Assembly: GCA_964630055.1 (NCBI GenBank)
Contig: CAZVRA010000002.1
Span: forward strand, 79,021 to 143,020
DNA: 64,000 bases
DNA from: an uncultured Candidatus Saccharibacteria bacterium
Lineage (GTDB): Bacteria; Patescibacteriota; Saccharimonadia; Saccharimonadales; CAZVRA01
Reading direction: 5' to 3'
The notes beneath the pieces were generated by a model, which saw nothing but the letters and a program-made list of their open reading frames with translations, did not search any database and was not told the origin of the DNA. This document shows, piece by piece, positions 19,597 through 26,611 of this stretch; the first letter of the stretch is position 1, and each line of letters begins with the position of its first letter. A program made the translations under genes and the position numbers.

Positions 19597-20160
19597 TTAT
19601 TCTTTGCTGCGCATTAACGCCCACAAAAGACGGCCTTGCAAAAGTAGGAATACAGCATAAAAAATTGTTTCGCCGTACAGTTCTATGTTATAGCCTTCGT
19701 TAAAGTTGAGTACAAAATAAGCCAGAGCCGTGGTCATATAGACAACCGCACTTAATACACTGGCGGTTATGAGGGCTGACTTGCTCCGCAGCAGCGATGC
19801 AGTAATAATTGGCAAGCCAAACAGAATTATTGCACGACTGGCCATGCCCCTCTGTAGGTAGATGTTGGTAGCTGCAAATGCAATGTCGGTTATTATTAAT
19901 ATCCAAACCCATGCCCTTTCGGTGCCTGGCCTGGCGAGGTTGCTGCGCGAAAAAAACCAGGCTACTATGCTAACAATTGTAAGAATGGCCACCGCCAAAC
20001 CTCGTTTTAGGACAATGTCAGGCGTAATTAAGTGGCTCGAGTGGAAGGCAATAAGCTGAACCGTGTATGCAAACGCTAATATGAAGTGGATTTTGCACAC
20101 CAGGGCCAGCGACGGCCTAAGTCGACTTAACTTTTTTGCTTTGGTCATGTCTATATTCAA
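19597..20160 (-). CDS. polytopic membrane protein (5-6 TM), unknown function
   Basis: 187 aa, hydrophobic throughout. Last gene of the RR/peptide/HK/isoprenoid-synthase-like string. Confidence 0.5.
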   Translation of the reverse strand: MNIDMTKAKKLSRLRPSLALVCKIHFILAFAYTVQLIAFHSSHLITPDIVLKRGLAVAILTIVSIVAWFFSRSNLARPGTERAWVWILIITDIAFAATNIYLQRGMASRAIILFGLPIITASLLRSKSALITASVLSAVVYMTTALAYFVLNFNEGYNIELYGETIFYAVFLLLQGRLLWALMRSKE

Positions 20161-20247
20161 CCATAAGAGTTATGAGCTGGTCAATACGATGGCAAATTAC
20201 TGGTAATGGGAGTTAGGCTTTTAGGTAAGATTTAAATATCTAGATAT

Positions 20248-21594
20248 TTAAAAATATTTAAAAAATTTGTTTTGTTGTTTAACGCTAGATATTAAATTTT
20301 TGTAAAAACTTAGTTGCTCGTCAACTGGCATTATAAGAGGTTCTGGATGGATAGGCTTGGCAGAGGTAATAAATTTTGTGGCCAATTGGCAGTGCTTTAT
20401 GCCCAACATTGCCAGCTCGATAATAATTTCAGGGGTCATTTCCCTACTCAACTTGCCTGGGTTGGCCGAATATATAATTGGCCAAGCGGATTTGCGCCGG
20501 GCGGTCAGCAGTTTTTGAATAACTATGGTGACACGACCGCGCTGCATATCTTGTTGCCAGTCTTTGAGGTCATCGCTTAGCTGCCGACAGATCAAGTAGT
20601 GATGAAAGTACTGCGTTACGTCAGCTATTTTATTGGTGGCACCGGCTGCTTCTAAAATCCCTATTGGAGCTAGGATGTGACCGTAAGAGCGCCAAGCCAA
20701 ATGCGACAGATCACCGTAATTTGGCAGACTTTTTAAGTAAAATTTCTGACCCGGCAAGCTTTTGGCTTGGGCGTTTAATTGTTCCCAGGCATTTGCCTCG
20801 TCGGTTATGTTTAGCCAGCTGTCTAGCCTATTTTGGAAAAGCAAATTTTCTGGCAGAGCTTGCCTAAAATATTTATAAGCCAACCTAAGGGCGTAGTTTG
20901 CAACACTTAGCATGTATCGCTCAAGTGGCCTGTCGTTATCAATAAAATCATCGTATAGCATGTAAGCCAGCCAACCATTGATGCTGCCTAAGTTTAGGGC
21001 ATCGACTGTGTTTTGCTCGACTTCAAGGCCAAAGGCATTTTTGATAATGTCAGCAATGGTGGCTATTTGATGTGATTGGTGGGTGCTTTGCAGCCTGGAA
21101 AGTGTCAATTGGTAGCCGGCTATCAGGTTATGCAAAGACCGGTCATGTGTTTGGCTGGCGATAATGTAGGGAGTCTGCTTTTTGGTTGTTTGCTTAATAT
21201 ACTTTGGTGTGTTTTGCGGATTTGATATTTTTTGTTTATGCCACGCGGCTAAATAATTTTTATGATTTTTATCATAAGACTGGCTACTGAGTAAACTAGT
21301 GTTTTTAATAGCTTGGTCCAAAAAACTGTTTAGCGGCAATAAGCTTACCCCTTGCCTATTGAGGTAGATTGCGATCAGGGCGTTTAGCTGCACGGTGGCT
21401 GGATCAAGCCAATCATTTAATGATGATTGGCGTCGAGCTAACCTGTATGGGCCACCTGGTTTTGCCTCGTTTTTAATAAGCCATTTGACTATTTGAGCTT
21501 GGGTTTGGGCACTATTGTGATGATTTGGGGAGTTTACCTGGAGTTCTAGTAGCTTGATTATGGTTAGATTGCTCATGATAATTTGGTGATCCAT
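20248..21594 (-). CDS. isoprenyl-diphosphate-synthase-fold-like protein (ComQ-like candidate)
   Basis: Two Asp-rich motifs in IPPS order and context: MLYDDFIDNDRPLER and RQLSDDLKDWQQDMQRGR. Its start overlaps the kinase gene end by 83 nt, and no SD was seen. Confidence 0.45.
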   Translation of the reverse strand: MDHQIIMSNLTIIKLLELQVNSPNHHNSAQTQAQIVKWLIKNEAKPGGPYRLARRQSSLNDWLDPATVQLNALIAIYLNRQGVSLLPLNSFLDQAIKNTSLLSSQSYDKNHKNYLAAWHKQKISNPQNTPKYIKQTTKKQTPYIIASQTHDRSLHNLIAGYQLTLSRLQSTHQSHQIATIADIIKNAFGLEVEQNTVDALNLGSINGWLAYMLYDDFIDNDRPLERYMLSVANYALRLAYKYFRQALPENLLFQNRLDSWLNITDEANAWEQLNAQAKSLPGQKFYLKSLPNYGDLSHLAWRSYGHILAPIGILEAAGATNKIADVTQYFHHYLICRQLSDDLKDWQQDMQRGRVTIVIQKLLTARRKSAWPIIYSANPGKLSREMTPEIIIELAMLGIKHCQLATKFITSAKPIHPEPLIMPVDEQLSFYKNLISSVKQQNKFFKYF

Positions 21595-23062
21595 ATAGTA
21601 TGTCGGGCGTCATGGTTTTTGTTGACGATTTGATTGACATAGGATTTTGGCATAAATTAACAGTAAATCTGGTGCCATCAGATGGATTTGAAGTAACAGA
21701 TATATTGCCAGCAAAATCTTGTTCGACAAATTGTTTTACAAGGTGTAGACCAATGCCCATATTGGGTTGAGCCGATTTTTTGGTGCTAAAAAACGGTTTA
21801 AATATCTGATCTAGCCGATCCTCGGGTATCCCCTGGCCCCAGTCACGAACTGCTATTTCTACAAAGCCAGGCATGGTTTTGTTAATTTTGGCCGTAATTT
21901 TTACCTGTCTTTTTTCGGTTTGTGGTTTTTGTTTTTTAGAATTAGGCTGAAGGCTGTAGGATTCTATGGCATTGGCAATAAGGTTGCCAATTAGCTGACA
22001 GAACTTTGCAGAATTACCTTTAATGGTTAAGTTTGTGGGTGATAGCGAAGTGTATATTAGTTTTACGTCTGCCGAACGGGCGCGATGTTCGATGATGTTT
22101 AGTATTTGTTTTATCTCTGCATCAATCCGGAATTTATGATGGTTGGCTTCTTGTTTAAGTTGGTGCCTTGCGGCACTTATGTATGATTCAATTGTTCTAA
22201 GACTAGCCACGGTTTGTGCTAAGGCTTGCTTTTTGTTTGTTGTGCGCCTGACCTGTCTAGATTGTAGGTGGTCAAGATTAATAGTGGCGGCGGCCAGCGG
22301 GTTAGCTATGTCGTGGATTAAGCCAGCACTTAATCTGCCAAATTCGGCAAACCGTTCAAGCTCCATAATCCTTAACAATTGGGCTTCTTCGAGTTCTTTG
22401 GTGCGCTTTTTGACTGTTAACTCAAGCTGGTCTCTTTGCTCCAATAATTTACGTTCTGATGTGCGGGCACGTTTTAGGGACTGGTCTATTTCTCGGTTAG
22501 CTAACCAACTTACGAGCGCAATAACGCTATAGACCAGCGCAAAACCTAAGGCATCGGCAGCTTCTAACTTGGCTCTTAGCCAACTATAGTTAGGGCTAAG
22601 ATGCCCGTTGGCTTGCAACCAGGCAATGATACAAATTGCCATAGATTGCATTATTGCCACCAACAATCCAGACTTTGCACTGATTAGGACTCCGGCAATG
22701 ACTATTGATAGACATAGTAGAAGCTGTGCCATTGGCAAGTTGAAGCTCCATTTTAGTACTAAATGAATACCGTAAGCTTCTAGGAGTGCAAATAGTGCTG
22801 TCGCAGCTATTTTGTAATGTCCTCGACGCGACAAATACCAGAAAAAGCATAGACTTGCAGTGAAGATGCAGAGTATACCAATGGAGCTTTCTGGATTTGG
22901 CACCGATTCGGTGAATCGGTTAATTGCCGATACGATGATGGCCATTATTCCGGCAGTTGTCAGCCCGGCTAATAGTAAGTTGGTTATTAGCTCGCGGCGG
23001 TAACAATCTGGATCTGATGCTGACCTGGGTGACAGTAGTTTCTGACGCAATTTTTGTCTCAT
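21512..23062 (-). CDS. sensor histidine kinase with ~6-TM N-terminal membrane domain
   Basis: About six hydrophobic helices in the first ~190 aa with short loops, then a coiled coil. H-box LIHDIANPL, N-box NLIANAIES, G-boxes DWGQGI and GIGLHLV. Confidence 0.85.
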   Translation of the reverse strand: MRQKLRQKLLSPRSASDPDCYRRELITNLLLAGLTTAGIMAIIVSAINRFTESVPNPESSIGILCIFTASLCFFWYLSRRGHYKIAATALFALLEAYGIHLVLKWSFNLPMAQLLLCLSIVIAGVLISAKSGLLVAIMQSMAICIIAWLQANGHLSPNYSWLRAKLEAADALGFALVYSVIALVSWLANREIDQSLKRARTSERKLLEQRDQLELTVKKRTKELEEAQLLRIMELERFAEFGRLSAGLIHDIANPLAAATINLDHLQSRQVRRTTNKKQALAQTVASLRTIESYISAARHQLKQEANHHKFRIDAEIKQILNIIEHRARSADVKLIYTSLSPTNLTIKGNSAKFCQLIGNLIANAIESYSLQPNSKKQKPQTEKRQVKITAKINKTMPGFVEIAVRDWGQGIPEDRLDQIFKPFFSTKKSAQPNMGIGLHLVKQFVEQDFAGNISVTSNPSDGTRFTVNLCQNPMSIKSSTKTMTPDILYGSPNYHEQSNHNQATRTPGKLPKSSQ

Positions 23063-23104
23063 TACTCCCTAGTATAGGGGGCGGATATATTAACTATCAA
23101 TTGT

Positions 23105-23224
23105 TTATTCTTGGGACCAGGGTAAACTTTGCTCTAATAGGTTGTTAATTCCAGCCGCTTGCATTTGTTCGGTTGTACGCAATTCTGGCTGAAGAAGAAT
23201 TTGTTCTAGTGCTTGGTTTTTCAT
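23105..23224 (-). CDS. small ORF, 39 aa (MKNQALEQILLQPELRTTEQMQAAGINNLLEQSLPWSQE), candidate signalling pre-peptide
   Basis: Not in the track (below the 60-aa cutoff). ATG preceded by AGGAG with 5-nt spacing. Lies in the 216-nt gap between the RR and HK genes on the same strand. Confidence 0.45.
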   Translation of the reverse strand: MKNQALEQILLQPELRTTEQMQAAGINNLLEQSLPWSQE

Positions 23225-23278
23225 GGCTACTCCTATTAATTATAGTTTTTACGTCATTCGAAAAGATCGGTTAGTAAG

Positions 23279-23974
23279 TTAGTGTTTTTTACTTATTGTT
23301 CTTGGCGGTAGCTCAATACGATATCCCATGCCATGGACCGTCTTTATGAGGTTACGGCCAAAAGGTCTGTCGACACGGTCCCTGAGATGTTTGATATGGA
23401 CGTCTATGGTATGGAGGCCGGTGTCAGATTCGTCTGACCAAATATGGGCCGCCAAACTTGCTCTTGACACTACGATTCCAGCATTTTGCATCAGATACTC
23501 GAGTATATCGAATTCTTTGCGGCGCAATTCTATGGGGTTGCCGCTTCGCTCGACTTTGCGATTTGTGCTATCCAAGGTAAGATCGGCAATAGACATCCTG
23601 CTACGACAATAGCTGCTATCTCGGTTTCTAAGCATGGCTCTGAGCCTGGCTCTTAATTCGTCTAGACTGAATGGCTTTGTTAGGTAATCGTTGGCACCGC
23701 TATCTAGCAAAATAACCTTGCTAATTATTTTAGCTTCACCGCTGATGACTAGAATAGGCGTTTGAATGCCAAGACTTCGTAAGTGCTCGCAAACTTTGAG
23801 ACCGGGCATATCTGGCAGATTGAGGTCTAGAAGGATGCCGTCGTAACTACTAGTTTCGGCTTTTTGTATGCCGGACATGGCCGACTGGGCAGTATCGAGC
23901 GCATAATTAGGCCCAAGCGCCCTATAAAGGGCTAGCGTTAAGCTCGTATCATCCTCGATAATAAGTATTTTCAT
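23279..23974 (-). CDS. OmpR/PhoB-family response regulator
   Basis: REC domain (EDD...DLNLPDM...KP) plus a winged-helix output domain (LRRKEFDILEYL...VHGMGYRIE). Confidence 0.9.
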   Translation of the reverse strand: MKILIIEDDTSLTLALYRALGPNYALDTAQSAMSGIQKAETSSYDGILLDLNLPDMPGLKVCEHLRSLGIQTPILVISGEAKIISKVILLDSGANDYLTKPFSLDELRARLRAMLRNRDSSYCRSRMSIADLTLDSTNRKVERSGNPIELRRKEFDILEYLMQNAGIVVSRASLAAHIWSDESDTGLHTIDVHIKHLRDRVDRPFGRNLIKTVHGMGYRIELPPRTISKKH

Positions 23975-24046
23975 TTTTTAACTAAGGCTCCTTTTGCTGG
24001 CCTTATTATAGCTAATCTGCGCAGTGTCTATAGTATGCCAGCCAAA

Positions 24047-24066
24047 TGTTAAATAATTGTTAAATT
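24047..24066 (-). promoter_or_regulatory. direct-repeat box site 1 (AATTTAACAATTATTTAACA on the minus strand)
   Basis: TTTAACA repeated at 11-bp period. On the minus strand it is followed by CATACT/TACTAT at 9-11 nt and TATAAT at 36 nt. It lies 73-92 nt upstream of the RR ATG. Confidence 0.5.
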
Positions 24067-24115
24067 TTGCCAAAAATCTTTTTCTAATGGTCGATCACTC
24101 ATGAACGCATAATAT

Positions 24116-24138
24116 AATTAGCCCCAAATTAGCCCCAA
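24116..24138. repeat. tandem AATTAGCCCCAA x2 (11-bp period)
   Basis: Read directly. Lies between the RR operon upstream region and tRNA-Gln. Confidence 0.8.
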
Positions 24139-24208
24139 GATACTAAAAACATGTTAAAATATAGAACGTGTTTGGCAATTATTGATCAATTTTTGTTAAT
24201 CATTTTAA

Positions 24209-24283
24209 TAGGGCGTGGCCAAGTGGTAAGGCACTGGGTTTTGGTCCCAGCATTCGGGGGTTCGAATCCCTCCGCCCTAGCCA
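24209..24283 (+). tRNA. tRNA-Gln (UUG)
   Basis: Cloverleaf folded by hand: acceptor TAGGGCG/CGCCCTA, anticodon loop TTTTGGT, T-loop GGTTCGAATCC, encoded CCA. Confidence 0.9.
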
Positions 24284-24319
24284 AAACTAAAATCACAAAT
24301 ATAAAAACTTAGCATAGAA

Positions 24320-25615
24320 TTGTATAAACATATGCGTATAATCGAGCCTCGCAAGGTACCTGTTCGGAATCGTCGACGTTGGAGCCGATTAACGCAAGCA
24401 TTGTGCGGCATTCTGGTCATGACCTTAATTGGCTACATTGGTGCTGGACTAGTCTTTTTTTTAGCTTTCCCGCCACTGGTTCGTCCAGAGGTGCGTTCGT
24501 TTAAGACTGCTCAGACGGTTCCGGCACTACCTTGGCCCGGTTACGGGCAGGCTGCTTTTGGATCATTGGATGAGGGGTTACTTGCAAAACAACCTGCGTC
24601 AGCTGAGCAGGCTCGTCCTATTGCTAGCGTCACCAAGCTCATAACAGCACTTACTATTTTAAAAAAACATCCTTTGGCTGCCGGTCAATCTGGGCCTAAC
24701 ATACCAATTACTCAGCAAGATTTAGATAGCTACCATGATTACTACTCCAGAGGCGGTTCAGTTGTGGCTGTGGCGCCAGGCATGCAACTAAACCAATACC
24801 AAGCCTTGCAAGGTTTGTTGCTACCATCGGGCAACAATATGTCTGACACACTGGCCGTATGGGCTTATGGTTCTATGAGTGATTATCTTAAAGCAGCCAA
24901 CGACAATTTGCAGTCTTTGGGCATGACCAACTCCTCTGTGGCTGATGCTAGCGGGTTTTCCCCTAAAAGTCGGAGTACGGCGGCGGACCTTATAAAACTG
25001 GGCCAAGCTGTGTTGTCGCAACCAGTTTTAGCTGAGATTGTTGCTCAAAAACAAGCCATAGTGCCGGTTGCTGGCGAAATTGTTAATACTAATATTATTC
25101 TTGGCGCTGCCGATGATGACATCCAGATCAACGGTATCAAAACTGGCAATACAGACGAGGCCGGTGGTTGTTTTTTGGGGTCGGCTACCTACAAATACCC
25201 TGGCGGCTTAAAAACCACTGTTATAGCGGCAGTAGTTGGAGCGCCGCACCTAGATTCGGCGTTGCTATCGGCCCGAAAAATTTTGCATGATGGCAAGGCG
25301 CAGTTTGGCCAACGAACAGTTTTGCCTATGGGCAGTGTTGTAGCTGTTTACCGCTCGGCATGGGGTTCTGGTGCCGAAGCTGTGACCACCAAGGATTTGA
25401 CAATTTTTGGTTGGCTCGGTCATAAACCGTCGGTTAACGTGCAACTTAATGATATCCCTGCCGGCTACCCTGCAACCAAAGATGTTGGACGGGTTAAATT
25501 ATCTGGTGCGCAGCAGTCAAATAAGGCTGAATCATCTGTACGTTTAAGGTCTGCTATGGCAAAACCGTCACTCAACTGGCGAGTTAATCGGGTTCGTGAG
25601 CGACTCTATATGTAA
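24320..25615 (+). CDS. D-alanyl-D-alanine carboxypeptidase (peptidase S11, PBP5-like)
   Basis: N-terminal TM. SxxK (ASVTKL), SxN (PSGNN) and KTG (IKTGNT) motifs. The track start is a TTG; an ATG at 24332 is an alternative. Confidence 0.8.
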   Translation: MYKHMRIIEPRKVPVRNRRRWSRLTQALCGILVMTLIGYIGAGLVFFLAFPPLVRPEVRSFKTAQTVPALPWPGYGQAAFGSLDEGLLAKQPASAEQARPIASVTKLITALTILKKHPLAAGQSGPNIPITQQDLDSYHDYYSRGGSVVAVAPGMQLNQYQALQGLLLPSGNNMSDTLAVWAYGSMSDYLKAANDNLQSLGMTNSSVADASGFSPKSRSTAADLIKLGQAVLSQPVLAEIVAQKQAIVPVAGEIVNTNIILGAADDDIQINGIKTGNTDEAGGCFLGSATYKYPGGLKTTVIAAVVGAPHLDSALLSARKILHDGKAQFGQRTVLPMGSVVAVYRSAWGSGAEAVTTKDLTIFGWLGHKPSVNVQLNDIPAGYPATKDVGRVKLSGAQQSNKAESSVRLRSAMAKPSLNWRVNRVRERLYM

Positions 25616-25633
25616 TTTCTACATCGTAAAGCC

Positions 25634-26605
25634 TTGCCAAACACCATCGTTTTAACGTACATTTTTATAATGGCCAGAACAAAAGATTTTAATCCCGCCG
25701 ATTATATTGAGCCGCTGTGCATTAACGGCCTTGAGGGTCGGATGATGCGCGTGCCCGCTAAGGGCAAGAAAAAATCGCGCGAAATACTGTTTGTCTATGG
25801 TCATCATGCTAGTCTGGAGCGACAAGGTGGACTTATTCAGGTGCTTAATCGTTATGGGGCCGTAACTATGCCAGACCTACCGGGTTTTGGTGGCATGGAC
25901 AGTCTTTATAAGATAGGTCAAAAACCGACTGTCGATAATCTGGCGGACTATTTGGCTACTTTTATTAAATGGCGCTATAAGCGTAAGCGCATTACAATTA
26001 TTGGTTTTTCGTTTGGCTTTGCCGTCACAACCAGGATGTTGCAAAAATATCCTGAAGTAACCAAGAAAGTTGATATTTTGATCAGCGCAGTCGGCATGGT
26101 CAATCACGAAGAATTTAAATTTAGACGCCGAACTAGGTTGCTGCTAGGCGCTGGTTCTAGATTTTTTTCTGGTCGCCTGCCAGCTACTTGGGCTCGCTAT
26201 GTGGCTTTGCATCCCTTTTTTATAAGACGGGCCTACTTGTCGGTGGCCGATAAGCACGCCAAGATGAAGGATGCTTCGCCCGCCGAAAGAGATAAAAGAA
26301 TAGAGTTCGAAATAAACTTGTGGCATGCTAACGATGTGCGGACTTATATGTTTGTTGGTCGAGAAATGTTTAAAATGGATTTGTGCGCTCAGCAAGTGTC
26401 ATTACCGGTTTATCATATTGCCGTTGAAGGAGATTTATATTTTGACAATCACCTCGTGGAGCAGCATTTGGCTGTTATTTACCAAAAAGTAACTATGGTT
26501 TATGCCAAACTAGATAAGCATGCCCCAACAGTGGTGGCTTCTGCCGAAGAAGCTGCTCCAATGATACCGCCTTTAATCCGACGAGTGCTAGCGCGGCAAG
26601 ATTAG
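25634..26605 (+). CDS. alpha/beta-fold hydrolase
   Basis: Nucleophile elbow GFSFG in alpha/beta hydrolase context. An in-frame ATG at 25670 is a likelier start. Confidence 0.6.
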   Translation: MPNTIVLTYIFIMARTKDFNPADYIEPLCINGLEGRMMRVPAKGKKKSREILFVYGHHASLERQGGLIQVLNRYGAVTMPDLPGFGGMDSLYKIGQKPTVDNLADYLATFIKWRYKRKRITIIGFSFGFAVTTRMLQKYPEVTKKVDILISAVGMVNHEEFKFRRRTRLLLGAGSRFFSGRLPATWARYVALHPFFIRRAYLSVADKHAKMKDASPAERDKRIEFEINLWHANDVRTYMFVGREMFKMDLCAQQVSLPVYHIAVEGDLYFDNHLVEQHLAVIYQKVTMVYAKLDKHAPTVVASAEEAAPMIPPLIRRVLARQD

Positions 26606-26611
26606 TGTAGG

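Noticed and set aside
20245-20264. TATTTAAAAA tandem repeat (10-bp period) resembling the TATTTAACAA box.
   Set aside because: It lies inside coding sequence (C-terminal ...KFFKYF of the ComQ-like gene), has a different period and core base, and has the wrong orientation for any downstream gene.
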